A DNA stretch of 64,000 nt from Patescibacteria group bacterium (GTDB lineage Bacteria; Patescibacteriota; Microgenomatia; UBA1400; PJMF01). Shown one piece after another: positions 48,911-59,147 of the stretch (positions within the stretch are counted from its first letter, which is position 1; each line of letters starts with the position of its first letter). The notes beneath the pieces are model-generated. The model searched no databases. It was not told the DNA's origin and saw only the letters and a list, made by a program, of their open reading frames with translations. Location: positions 448,410 through 512,409 of the forward strand of contig JBMORP010000006.1 of NCBI GenBank assembly GCA_049322655.1, read 5' to 3'. Made by a program: the position numbers and the translations under genes.

Positions 48911-49520
48911 TCAAGACCTTGTTGAGTGACTGTTCTTTACTTAATGAGTAAGTATCTAACACTACATCGTAAAGATCTGGATGCCAAAAATCAATCGGAG
49001 CATCAGCTTTTAGAGTTCCAGCTTTCACGACCCACTCTTTCCATTCTTTAGCATACATTTTGGACCATTTTTGAAGATTCTCAATGTATCTTTGGTGCAT
49101 ATTGTCTTTGGCTTCTTCAACAGTTACCGAGTCCCTATTCACCACTCGGTCAATTCTGATAGATTCTTCACTACAAATCATTAAAACTTTTAAAGTTCCC
49201 TCAACCCCTTGAGCCATAAAACCAGACAACCAAGACTCAATAATCCAGCGACGTTCTGTTGATAGTTTTTCTCTAATCCCCATATCTACTTTTCTGTCAA
49301 AATCTTCGCCATAGGCCATCGAAGAATGGTGGAGTTTTAACTTTGGATCAAACAAATTATTTTCAGCAGCATAAGCTCTCATGAATTCTCCACCACTGAA
49401 ACCAGACCATTTGTCGAATTTTAGGGCTTCTTTCAACATTGACAGCAAAGTTGTAGAACCAGCTCCAGGCAAACCAGAAATAGTAATATTTTTATAAGCA
49501 AAAGAATGATCCATTTGCAT
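48885..49520 (-). CDS. Archaeal-type cytidylate-kinase-like P-loop protein
   Basis: ITISGLPGAGSTT, SGGEFMR, D...D, IIES.L, YD.V.DT. Confidence 0.7.
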   Translation of the reverse strand: MQMDHSFAYKNITISGLPGAGSTTLLSMLKEALKFDKWSGFSGGEFMRAYAAENNLFDPKLKLHHSSMAYGEDFDRKVDMGIREKLSTERRWIIESWLSGFMAQGVEGTLKVLMICSEESIRIDRVVNRDSVTVEEAKDNMHQRYIENLQKWSKMYAKEWKEWVVKAGTLKADAPIDFWHPDLYDVVLDTYSLSKEQSLNKVLNALKKKKD

Positions 49521-49531
49521 GTTTTTTCTTT

Positions 49532-50017
49532 CTAATAATTGGTTGCACAAGACTGTGCTAAATCCATAGCTGCTACAATCAGAGAAATTCTCTTTTTCAT
49601 TTTTTCATAAGAATACAAGGTTTCTTCTCCCGGGAAAGAATGAACCACTCTATTCCTCCCCTCTAACCAAGCTTGCCAAAGAGCATCGCCAACCGCTTCT
49701 CCACAATGTTGAACCACATCATCGTATAACCACCATTCATCACGATGATTATTTCTAATATCTGGGTTAAGGGCTCGACCGATTCTAAAGCGCTTGCTAT
49801 GATAAAGCTTATCATCAATCAAACCAGCATCTAGTAAATATTTTTTAATAAACGCTTCGTAAACCTTGGCCATTAAGAAAACAATAAAAGAATAATCTTC
49901 AAGGTTTGACATTAGTTCTTTATCTTCAGCCAACCTAACTGCTGTCCTGACCAAAGCTTGGTGCTCAGCATCCAAGTAACTAAACCAATTGCTAGAAAGA
50001 AAACCTTGCCAATTCAT
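49532..50017 (-). CDS. HEPN-domain protein (RnlA/RNase LS-like)
   Basis: DYS....AK.YE.FIKK and RNRVVH (Rx4H). Confidence 0.65.
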   Translation of the reverse strand: MNWQGFLSSNWFSYLDAEHQALVRTAVRLAEDKELMSNLEDYSFIVFLMAKVYEAFIKKYLLDAGLIDDKLYHSKRFRIGRALNPDIRNNHRDEWWLYDDVVQHCGEAVGDALWQAWLEGRNRVVHSFPGEETLYSYEKMKKRISLIVAAMDLAQSCATNY

Positions 50018-50119
50018 AGATTAATAAGCCATAATTCAATACTACTTGTCCATCCTAGATGATAGGATACAAAAACTATAACATAAGATTATATTTAATT
50101 CCTCTGAAATAGCCTCACC

Positions 50120-52441
50120 ATGAATAAAAAGAAAAAAAACAACCATCTTAAAGAAATCTCCAAAAAAGCCTTACTAGGAAAAACTGAACCAAAACAAAAA
50201 AAAACTAAAGCAAATAGTTTTTTAAAAGAAATCATTACTGATCCCTTGACGAAATATGTTATTTTGGGCGTTTTTACGGTTGCGCTAGCGCTCTTTGCTT
50301 TTTTTATTAAAGACTTACCATCTCCTAAAAACCTAACTTCCCAAGAAAATTTTTCCGTTAGCACCCAAATTTTTGATCGCCACGGCAAACTACTTTATGA
50401 AATTTATGCAGACGAAAATAGAATTCCTATTAAGATTGAAGATCTCCCTCCCCATGTTCTCCAAGCAACTATTGCTATCGAAGATAAAAATTTTTATAAA
50501 CATTTTGGTTTTGATCTTGAAGGTATAGCTAGAGCTTTAAAAAATAATTTAACTGGAGATAAACTTGAAGGTGGTTCTACCATTACTCAACAGTTAGTCA
50601 AAAATGCTTTATTAACTCCAGAAAAATCACTACAAAGAAAAGTCAAAGAGGCAACTTTGTCAGTTTTGACCGAAATAATTTATACCAAAGAAGAAATCTT
50701 AGAGATGTATCTCAACTACATCTCCTACGGTGGAACAGCCGTAGGGATTGAATCAGCAGCCAAAAAATACTTTGATAAAAGCGCTAAAGATTTAACTTTG
50801 GCAGAAGCTACCATGCTAGTTGGACTTCCTCAAGCTCCGAGTCTCTATTCTCCTTTTGGTTCAGATCCAGAAAGAGCAAAAAATAGACAAGCCGAGGTTT
50901 TGAGAAGGATGGTAGAGGAAGGATATATCTCTCCACTGGAAGCAGAGGATGCTAAAGCTGAAACTTTGCAATTTGCCCTTAAGAAAACCGACATTAAAGC
51001 TCCTCATTTCGTTTTTTATGTCAAAGATATACTTTATGAAAAATATGGAGAAGAAACTGTTGAAAAAGGAGGCTTGAGAGTCACTACAACTCTAGATTTA
51101 GATTTACAAGAAGCAGCCCAAGCGTCTTTATCTGCTGAAATAGACAGTCTACAAAGACTTAAAGTTGGTAATGGGGCTGCAATGGTAACAAAGCCTAATA
51201 CTGGTGAAATCCTAGCCATGGTTGGCTCCAAAAATTACTTCAATTCTGAAGAAGATGGTCAAGTCAATGTTGCCATAGCCTATCGTCAACCAGGTTCCTC
51301 TATCAAACCAATTGTCTATGCCACTGCCTTCCAAGAAAAAACCCTTAATCCAGGAACTATTCTGCTAGATATTCCCACCTGTTTTAAGCTACCCAACCAA
51401 GCTGACTATTGTCCAAATAACTACACTGGAGACTTCAAAGGACCAATCTCTGTCAGACAATCATTAGGCAACTCACTTAATATTCCAGCTGTTAAAGCTA
51501 TTAGTACCATCGATGTGCCAACTTTTATCAATCAGGCCCAAAAAATGGGGATTACTGGTTGGAACGATCCTAGTAATTACGGCCCCTCGATTGCCCTAGG
51601 TGGTGGTGAAGTGAGGATGATCGACATGGCCCAAGCTTTTGGTTCTTTAGCTAACCTGGGGATTAAGGTTCCCCTAACTCCGATCTTAAAAATCGAAAAC
51701 TATAAAGGTGAAACTTTAGAAGAGTTTGATCGAGAAAAAACAAAACAAACTTTAAAAGAGCTACAAGCTGATGAGTTTTCATCTAGACAAGGGGATTTAG
51801 AAAGAGTCTTAGAGGCTGGCCCAGCCTATTTAGTCAGTCATATTATGCAAGATAATACAGCTAGAACTTTAGCTTTTGGTTCAAATTCTCAGTTAGTTAT
51901 TCCTGGTCAAGTAGTCAGTGCTAAAACTGGCACCACCAATGATTTAAAAGATAACTGGACAATTGGATTTACCCCCGAATTTTTGACTGTTACTTGGGTG
52001 GGTAACAATGATGGCTCATCGATGAGCTACGTTGCTTCTGGCGTAACTGGAGCAGCTCCAATTTTCAACGACATTATGAGCTATGCTTTGAGAGACCAAG
52101 AGTCACTTTGGCCAGAAAAACCAGAAAGTGTTATCAAAGGACCAATTTGTTCTTCTGGCTTTCCACCCCAACTGGACGAAAATAACTGCAGTGTGATCGG
52201 TGAAGACTACTACTGGAAAGAAAGCCAACCTTCCTTGTCAACAAAGATGGAAAAAGAGGTTTGGATCAAACCAGAAACAGGCTTGCCCCCAGAATATGGG
52301 GAGCAAGCAGAAGGCTTAGTTTTGGAAAAACACACTCTATACCAAGACCCAGTCACTGAACTCTACTGTGCTGATTGTAATCGTCCCGTGGATGAACAAG
52401 GAAAGGTTGTTTACGAAAAACATTATGTTGAACAACGCTAA
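50120..52441 (+). CDS. Class A penicillin-binding protein (PBP1A family)
   Basis: EDKNFYKH.G, GGSTITQQL, SSIK, SLN, KTG. Confidence 0.95.
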   Translation: MNKKKKNNHLKEISKKALLGKTEPKQKKTKANSFLKEIITDPLTKYVILGVFTVALALFAFFIKDLPSPKNLTSQENFSVSTQIFDRHGKLLYEIYADENRIPIKIEDLPPHVLQATIAIEDKNFYKHFGFDLEGIARALKNNLTGDKLEGGSTITQQLVKNALLTPEKSLQRKVKEATLSVLTEIIYTKEEILEMYLNYISYGGTAVGIESAAKKYFDKSAKDLTLAEATMLVGLPQAPSLYSPFGSDPERAKNRQAEVLRRMVEEGYISPLEAEDAKAETLQFALKKTDIKAPHFVFYVKDILYEKYGEETVEKGGLRVTTTLDLDLQEAAQASLSAEIDSLQRLKVGNGAAMVTKPNTGEILAMVGSKNYFNSEEDGQVNVAIAYRQPGSSIKPIVYATAFQEKTLNPGTILLDIPTCFKLPNQADYCPNNYTGDFKGPISVRQSLGNSLNIPAVKAISTIDVPTFINQAQKMGITGWNDPSNYGPSIALGGGEVRMIDMAQAFGSLANLGIKVPLTPILKIENYKGETLEEFDREKTKQTLKELQADEFSSRQGDLERVLEAGPAYLVSHIMQDNTARTLAFGSNSQLVIPGQVVSAKTGTTNDLKDNWTIGFTPEFLTVTWVGNNDGSSMSYVASGVTGAAPIFNDIMSYALRDQESLWPEKPESVIKGPICSSGFPPQLDENNCSVIGEDYYWKESQPSLSTKMEKEVWIKPETGLPPEYGEQAEGLVLEKHTLYQDPVTELYCADCNRPVDEQGKVVYEKHYVEQR

Positions 52442-52473
52442 GGCTGTTACAATCTGATATACTTTGTGAAAGT

Positions 52474-53670
52474 GTGAAAAAAATAATTAACGGCATTTTA
52501 CTTTTAAGTTTTTTTACTTTAATAGCTATCTGGCTTTTTGTTGAGATTCCTTTATTTTCACCCTTTTCACCTGATATAAATAAACTAACCAAATCATCTC
52601 AAACCAATAAAAAAATCTATGGTTTTCTTCCATATTGGAATCTAAACGATGTTGTTTTGCAAGACGAACTAACCGATCTTGCCTACTTTTCTCTGACAAT
52701 TAATGACGATGGCACTATTAAAACCAATGATGAAGAAAATCTAGATCCAGGATTCTATAAACTTCAATCAGAAGAATTTTCCCAACTCCAAAACCATACA
52801 ATTAACCAAGGAAAAAAAACCCATGTGGTCTTAACCCTTTTTGAAAATAAAAAAATCACTGCTTTCCTCGACTCGCCAAAAGCCATGGCCAAGTTTTATG
52901 AGTCAATAGATTCTCTCCTGCTAGCTTACCCTTTTGACGGCCTAAACTTAGATATTGAGTACACTGGTGAAGCCAGTGATGAACTAAGAAATAAATATAC
53001 TCAATTTGTACAAAACCTCTCCATCCATCTCAAAACAAAATACCCAACTATTGAATTCAGTCTGGATACCTATGCAGCTGCAGCCAGTAAAAAAATGCTT
53101 TGGGATATTAAAAATCTTCATCAACACGTGGATTATATTGTAGTGATGGCCTATGACTTCAGTCAAAGCCACTCAGCTCAAGCTGGTCCAGTTGCGCCAT
53201 TATTTAATAAAGAAAATTCCTGGCAAGAAAGTATTCATTCTTACCTATCAGATTTTGCCAAACAAGTACCAACCAACAAAATTTTATTGGGCATCCCTTT
53301 TTATGGATATGAATGGCAGACAACTACCAGAGAACCACAGGCTTTTACCTTTCCCAAAACTGGGGCCACAGCCAGTTACAAACGAGTTAAAGAGATAATC
53401 GCTAGAAAAGATGAACTGCAACTAGAACAACATTGGGATGAAGCAGCTCTGGAACCATACCTAACTTACTCAGAAAACGGGAACTTTTTTACAATTTACT
53501 ATGAAAATCCAGAATCACTAAAATACAAACTTGAATATGTTAACCAACTCAATTTAGGTGGAATTGCTATCTGGTCACTTGGCTACGAAGGAAGTTCAAG
53601 AGAGCTCTGGGATGTTATTCATCAGCAGCTTCTACCTCCTGAGCCAACCACCAACTCCATAAGCCAGTAA
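52474..53670 (+). CDS. GH18 glycoside hydrolase (YaaH/SleL-like), membrane-anchored
   Basis: FDGLNLDIE, VMAYD, LGIPFYG, GGIAIW. Confidence 0.88.
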   Translation: MKKIINGILLLSFFTLIAIWLFVEIPLFSPFSPDINKLTKSSQTNKKIYGFLPYWNLNDVVLQDELTDLAYFSLTINDDGTIKTNDEENLDPGFYKLQSEEFSQLQNHTINQGKKTHVVLTLFENKKITAFLDSPKAMAKFYESIDSLLLAYPFDGLNLDIEYTGEASDELRNKYTQFVQNLSIHLKTKYPTIEFSLDTYAAAASKKMLWDIKNLHQHVDYIVVMAYDFSQSHSAQAGPVAPLFNKENSWQESIHSYLSDFAKQVPTNKILLGIPFYGYEWQTTTREPQAFTFPKTGATASYKRVKEIIARKDELQLEQHWDEAALEPYLTYSENGNFFTIYYENPESLKYKLEYVNQLNLGGIAIWSLGYEGSSRELWDVIHQQLLPPEPTTNSISQ

Positions 53671-55141
53671 ACATAAAAAACAATCCACCAATCACCAAAG
53701 CAATCGTGTTACCTACAGAACCAGCTGTATAGGTACCACTATCTGTAGAAACAATGGCTGATCTAGTTGATGGCTCTACTGGAGAGGATGCTACTGGACT
53801 AGTGGGAGCAATTGTTGGAGTTTCGATGGGGAAAGGATTACCAGAACCGAATGGTGAAGTGTTTTCTGCAAAAGGATCAGTAGCCTGAACAATAAAAGAC
53901 TGAGTCTCAGTAATAGTTTGACCTGTTGTTGGATTGGTATAACTGTAAGTTACCGTATGATTACCTGGCTCAAGAATTTTTTGTAACTCAATAATATTTA
54001 AAACAAAATCACCAGTACTATCAGCTTTAACAGTTTGGTTAATCACCGCTTCAGAATGTACTTCTATTTTTACCTCTACGTTGGGGGCTGCCTTCCCTTT
54101 AATAATCGGTTGGTTAATTAAAACTGGAGTATCTGTTTTGGCAACGGTAGTTAAGTCTAAAACCTCTGCTGCCACTTGTTCAGCAATAGTTTCGAGCGTT
54201 TGAGCACCCTGTTGAGTAGTAGTTGATTCTGAGCTCGTGTCTTCATCAGCAAAATCTATTAAGTCTGTTAGGGAAGCCAACTTTTTATCGCCACTAATAC
54301 TTACATCTACCACCAAATCTTCTTGATTCAAAACGGCTTCTTCAGCAACTTCATTGGTTGCTTCTTGGATTTGAGGAACTTGGCCCAGAATTACTTCAGG
54401 AACAGGCTGAGCAGCATTGATACCAACAGAGAAATTAGAAACTTTGGTTGGCTCAACTCCCTGAACAATTACATTCACTGAGTCGGTGTCAGTTAGCTCA
54501 GCATAACCAGAACCATCTTTTTTCCTAGCATTAGAAAGAGCTAAAGCCCAACTCCCGGAAGATTTAACCAAGGTAGACATTTCACCAACATCGACCGTAG
54601 AAACAAAAACAATACTTCCCTCTGCGGGAGCGCCTGATTCCGTCACAATAGTTCCATAAATAGTTTTATTAGTGGGCGGAGCGCTGGTTGGTGGAGGGAG
54701 AGTTTTAATAGCAAATGGTACTCCATTATTATCAAAGTTAGATCCAGAAGCAGTCCCCAAGACATAATTATAGTTAGTGTTGGGAGTCAATCCTCTAACC
54801 GTCACATGGTGCAATCTATAATTGCCAATCGAACCTGATAACTGATCACGATCATCGGTGGCTTGGGACTTTAGTGAATTAGCCTCGGTACCATACTTCA
54901 CAAAGCCATTAGTACTTTCATCTGTATAAAAAACCACAGTAAAAGACTTATCTGTAAGATTAGTCACTTTAACATTTTTGGGGGTAGTTTGAGGGGTAGC
55001 CCTTGGAGCAAAGACACCAGTGCCTTCACCAAACATCATTAAACCAGCTACCAAAGAGATAATTAAGATTCCCAAACCAAGTAAAGTGGGAATTTGTTTT
55101 TTGGCTAGTGGTGTTTTTCGTTGATTGGCAGGTACTTGCAT
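53615..55141 (-). CDS. Surface protein with FN3/PAP-N-like and Ig-like domains, TM helices at both ends
   Basis: PKNVKVTN...VKYGT...H.V.VRGL.P.T.Y FN3 pattern; Pro/Ser/Thr-rich linker. Confidence 0.75.
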   Translation of the reverse strand: MQVPANQRKTPLAKKQIPTLLGLGILIISLVAGLMMFGEGTGVFAPRATPQTTPKNVKVTNLTDKSFTVVFYTDESTNGFVKYGTEANSLKSQATDDRDQLSGSIGNYRLHHVTVRGLTPNTNYNYVLGTASGSNFDNNGVPFAIKTLPPPTSAPPTNKTIYGTIVTESGAPAEGSIVFVSTVDVGEMSTLVKSSGSWALALSNARKKDGSGYAELTDTDSVNVIVQGVEPTKVSNFSVGINAAQPVPEVILGQVPQIQEATNEVAEEAVLNQEDLVVDVSISGDKKLASLTDLIDFADEDTSSESTTTQQGAQTLETIAEQVAAEVLDLTTVAKTDTPVLINQPIIKGKAAPNVEVKIEVHSEAVINQTVKADSTGDFVLNIIELQKILEPGNHTVTYSYTNPTTGQTITETQSFIVQATDPFAENTSPFGSGNPFPIETPTIAPTSPVASSPVEPSTRSAIVSTDSGTYTAGSVGNTIALVIGGLFFMFTGLWSWWLAQEVEAADE

Positions 55142-55269
55142 ACAAAACACTGGAGCTAAAACACTCCTGTTAATACTCTAGAGAAATCTAAGTAAAACCA
55201 CAAGGCGAAAAAAACATGAAACTTTTTTGATTATTACTCAAGTAAAGGCCTCTCCTAAAATTCCAAAGT

Positions 55270-55665
55270 TTAATTACCAATGGGTGACAGCTCTTCCGCT
55301 GCAGTAGTTGATTCAGCAACATCACTTTTAATAATCAGATCTTCATCTGGTAGTCCATCTCTAACATCGATTACTTTAGTTGTCCCCCCATCTTGGTAAA
55401 GAGCATAGATCGGAAAATCTTGTAGTTCAAACTCAGAAAAAACTCTTTTTTGTTCTACTTTTTCCAAAACGCTAACATTAATATTTGGTGTTAAAGGTTG
55501 AGCTAATTTTTTTTGTTCAGGAGTAATTCCTAGTTTTTGCTGAGAAGTAAATAAACTCAAACCAATCCAAAAAATAATAATTACAAATAAAAACAATAAA
55601 ATAATCAATAACTCTTTTCTCTTTTGTAAGCTTTTTAATTGATCTTGAAAAGAATTTTCTACCAT
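55270..55665 (-). CDS. Hypothetical bitopic protein in the pilus alignment cluster (PilP position)
   Basis: N-terminal TM helix; stop/start coupled to pilO. Confidence 0.55.
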   Translation of the reverse strand: MVENSFQDQLKSLQKRKELLIILLFLFVIIIFWIGLSLFTSQQKLGITPEQKKLAQPLTPNINVSVLEKVEQKRVFSEFELQDFPIYALYQDGGTTKVIDVRDGLPDEDLIIKSDVAESTTAAEELSPIGN

Positions 55666-56285
55666 TATTCCTTTTCTCCAAAATAAGGAGCAGCAATTAA
55701 AATAGTTGCCTCCAATGACTTCTGGCCTCGATTATCTTCCGTAGAGAAAGTAATTCTCTCTGTCGTAAAACTTCTACGAGAATTTCTCAGACCTTCCACA
55801 AAACCTCTGATAGAACTATAAGAACCAACGACCGACATTTGAATCGGCATAGCCTTTCTCTCTAAATCAACCAAAGCTTTATCAACTGAAGGATCTTCAG
55901 GAATATCCAATAAAGTCATGTTGGTAATAGCTAAATTCTGCTCACTAGCAATTCTTTCAATGATTTTTAAGGTCTGAGTCACGTTTGCCCCTCTAGGCAA
56001 CGCTTCTTCTAACACGCCAATTCTATCTTGAATTGTCAGGTATTGAGCTTGAGCTGTTCCCAAAGCAGCTACTTTTTGAGCCATTTGAGTATCTAATTTG
56101 CGCTTATCCTCGATTTCTTTAACTAGCTCAGACATCGTTAATAAAGTTGGTCTGATGGCAAAAACAGCAAAAAAGATCACCACTACTATTGATAAAAATA
56201 ATTCAAAAGAAACTACTGCCACTGGATTGTGGTAAAAATTATCAAGAAGTTTAGTAATTTGTTCTTGTCGAGTTGTTTGTGCCAT
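55665..56285 (-). CDS. pilO: Type IV pilus assembly protein PilO-like
   Basis: TM helix, coiled coil, ALP...GSY..I..F...L....R pattern. Confidence 0.75.
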   Translation of the reverse strand: MAQTTRQEQITKLLDNFYHNPVAVVSFELFLSIVVVIFFAVFAIRPTLLTMSELVKEIEDKRKLDTQMAQKVAALGTAQAQYLTIQDRIGVLEEALPRGANVTQTLKIIERIASEQNLAITNMTLLDIPEDPSVDKALVDLERKAMPIQMSVVGSYSSIRGFVEGLRNSRRSFTTERITFSTEDNRGQKSLEATILIAAPYFGEKE

Positions 56286-56305
56286 TTTTTAGATCACTAA
56301 ATTAA

Positions 56306-56884
56306 TTATTTTTTTACTGCCTTTTGGGTCACTGCTTCCTGAGTTTGGGCTGTTAATTGAAACGAAAAACCAGATGACTTTATGCCTTCAGATTCAATCG
56401 TACTAACAACAATATTATGAAACTTGGGTGAAATTTGAAGATTATTAATCAAAATATTTAGTGATTTCTGAGATAAGACCGTTCCTTTTAAGGCAACTCT
56501 ATCAGGGTAAATCACTAACTCATCCAACTTAATTCCAGTTGGCACAACCTCAGCCAACGAAGGAAAAGTATCGGCAATATTGGCGCTTTGTTCTATCTCT
56601 TCATATTGGGCAATTCTTGTTTGAATCGCTCTTACCTCTTGTTCAAAATTACCATAAGAATTAATCACTGATTCTTTCTGAAAAATTGCTCTATTTAAAT
56701 CAGTAATTTGTCGATCAAGATAAAAACGAGTCACAAAACTCAAAACTACAATCAACTCAGTAAACATCACAATATATCGACCAGCAGACAATGCCCACTT
56801 CAAACCTCTCCCTAGTAAAGTCTCAAAAAAGGGGTCTTTGGGAACAAGGTTAATATCGATTGTCGCGGTTTTTTCAGTTGGCAT
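56306..56884 (-). CDS. pilN: Type IV pilus assembly protein PilN-like
   Basis: INLVP motif, TM helix, coiled coil, VP.GI.L..L.....L.G pattern. Confidence 0.75.
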   Translation of the reverse strand: MPTEKTATIDINLVPKDPFFETLLGRGLKWALSAGRYIVMFTELIVVLSFVTRFYLDRQITDLNRAIFQKESVINSYGNFEQEVRAIQTRIAQYEEIEQSANIADTFPSLAEVVPTGIKLDELVIYPDRVALKGTVLSQKSLNILINNLQISPKFHNIVVSTIESEGIKSSGFSFQLTAQTQEAVTQKAVKK

Positions 56885-56940
56885 AAGGGCAGTACTAAAC
56901 TCATTGTAAGCTGTTTTTACTCAAGCTACAAGGAAAACAA

Positions 56941-58632
56941 CTAAACTTCATTCCCTTCCACCTTGGTATCAACCAAAATTTCTTTAGAACTAGACAACAA
57001 GCCTTGCCATTTACCACTCACCATTGAAAATATCTTAGATATATAACTCAGTTCTTTGACATCGAAGAGGTATGAAAAATAAATATAAACTAACATCCCT
57101 ACCGTTCCAGTAGAAAAGGTCAACGCAATTAATTCTAAAGTTCTGGAAGTATCAAACACCACTTCATCCAAAATTCTAAAAGGCAAATACAAGAACACCG
57201 CCATTAAAAAACTAGACATAATCATTTTAAGTTGTGGCCACCAAAAATCTGAGCTGGTAAAACACTTGGCCCTTGGCTGAAGAAAAATAAAAAATAAAGC
57301 CAATTCTAGATAAGCACTAATGGTGGTAGCCCAAGCTAAACCCAGGACTCCCCAGTTAGTGACATAAACAAAAAATACACTGATCAAAAAATACACTGCA
57401 ACTGTAATCGAAGTAATCAAAAATGGAGTTTTAGTATTTTTTAAAGCATAAAAAGCCCGCACTAATAACTGCACCATAGCTTGAGCTGCCACTGAAATAG
57501 CCAAGATTGCAACGACTTTTCCAGTTAAAACTGTAGTTTTCCAAGGAAAGTTTTCTGCTCCAAAAACCAAACGAACAATAGGAATTCTTAAGATTAATAG
57601 TAGTACCGAAGCTGGTAGAGCAAAAAAAGAGATTTGATGCAAAGACTGAACCACCAATGAAGCAAACCTTTTTCTTTCTTCTTCTTGAGTTTCTTGAGAA
57701 AAAAAAGGTAAAGATGCCTGGCTAATAGGAACTCCAAATAATCTAATTGGAATCGTCATCAGTCGCAAACCCAACCGAATCACCACAAAACTTAATCCCC
57801 CAATAGTAGTCGCAAAAAATCCCAAACCCAAATTCTGTAATTCAGAAACACTCAAAGCTAAAACTCTCGGAGGCATTAAAGAAAACAATCGTCTTACTGA
57901 CCAATCTTTAATATCAAAAACAAAACGATGCCTGAAACCCAATCTTTTAACTGAAGGAAGTTGTACCAACATATGTAAAAAAGCACCAATAATTACCCCC
58001 AAACCAGCTGAGTAAATTCCAAACACATCTTTAAACAGAAACACACCAAGAATAATGCCAAAATTATAAAAAACTGGAGCAACAGCCGAGACGATAAATC
58101 TTTGATAAGACTGCAACATACCAGTCAAAAAATTAGAAATAGCAAAAAAGAGTTGACTAAAAAGCATTAGTCTAGTCAAACCAACGGCCAACTCAACCTG
58201 AGTAGCCGTAAACTCTATTCCCGTTCTCCATTTAGTGATCGGTTCAGCAAAAACCGCCACCACGATTGCCACTACCAAAAACACCAGCACTAATAAGTTC
58301 ATCACTGAAGAAGTAAACCGAAAAGCCTGTTGTTCATCTTTTTTTCTTAAATCAGTAAAAAGTGGAATAAAGGCTGCAGAGACAGCTCCTAGCACGATTA
58401 ATTGGAAAAGCATGTCTGGAATCTGAAAAGCAATCTGGAAAGCTTCGTAAGCTTGTTGCGTAGCTACTGAATCAAAAAATGAAGAGATCAACAATCTTTC
58501 TCTCAATAATCCCGCCACTGAAGAAGCAATATTAGCCAAAGTGATAATCAAAGCAGCCGACAAAATAGAGGTTTGTTGTTTCTCTAGCCATTTAGTATTT
58601 TGACTGAAAAATCTTGAAAGTTTAAAAAACAT
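56941..58632 (-). CDS. murJ: Lipid II flippase MurJ (MviN)
   Basis: GLLRE, AFQIPD, SAAFIP, RAFYA...TKTP; about 14 TM helices. Confidence 0.92.
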   Translation of the reverse strand: MFFKLSRFFSQNTKWLEKQQTSILSAALIITLANIASSVAGLLRERLLISSFFDSVATQQAYEAFQIAFQIPDMLFQLIVLGAVSAAFIPLFTDLRKKDEQQAFRFTSSVMNLLVLVFLVVAIVVAVFAEPITKWRTGIEFTATQVELAVGLTRLMLFSQLFFAISNFLTGMLQSYQRFIVSAVAPVFYNFGIILGVFLFKDVFGIYSAGLGVIIGAFLHMLVQLPSVKRLGFRHRFVFDIKDWSVRRLFSLMPPRVLALSVSELQNLGLGFFATTIGGLSFVVIRLGLRLMTIPIRLFGVPISQASLPFFSQETQEEERKRFASLVVQSLHQISFFALPASVLLLILRIPIVRLVFGAENFPWKTTVLTGKVVAILAISVAAQAMVQLLVRAFYALKNTKTPFLITSITVAVYFLISVFFVYVTNWGVLGLAWATTISAYLELALFFIFLQPRAKCFTSSDFWWPQLKMIMSSFLMAVFLYLPFRILDEVVFDTSRTLELIALTFSTGTVGMLVYIYFSYLFDVKELSYISKIFSMVSGKWQGLLSSSKEILVDTKVEGNEV

Positions 58633-58745
58633 TACTTATAGATTATAGGGATTGTCTGGAGAAAAAAAAGAGTTTGATCTGCATTTCTCATTCTTGAGAA
58701 CAGTCCATTGCGAAAACTAGATCTAGGCTGTATAATTCTCGATCT

Positions 58746-59060
58746 ATGCCAATCTTATCTAATGCAAAAAAAGCCTTAAGAGTTAGCAAGAAAAAAACTA
58801 CTCGCAATAAGGTCACCAAAAGCAAAACTAAAACATCTATAGATAAAGTCAAAAAGAACCCAACTATGGAAGTTTTGGCTGGGGCTTACTCTTCTATCGA
58901 TAAAGCTGTTAAGAAAAATATTTTTCATGCAAATAAAGCTGCTCGTTTGAAAAAACAACTTGCTAAGCTAGTAAAACCAACTAAAATTGACAAAAAAGTT
59001 GCTAATAAAAAAACCTCCACAGCAAAGAAAAAAACCACAAAAAAACCCACAAAAAAATAA
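58746..59060 (+). CDS. rpsT: 30S ribosomal protein S20 with Lys-rich tail
   Basis: MP...NAKKALR, IDKAVKKNIFHANKAARLK. Confidence 0.93.
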   Translation: MPILSNAKKALRVSKKKTTRNKVTKSKTKTSIDKVKKNPTMEVLAGAYSSIDKAVKKNIFHANKAARLKKQLAKLVKPTKIDKKVANKKTSTAKKKTTKKPTKK

Positions 59061-59147
59061 GTTGTTCCGTGGTTAATTGTGAAAACTTTAATTTATCAAT
59101 AAATTGGTATTATATTCATATATCAATCTATTAGTTAATGGTAAAAA

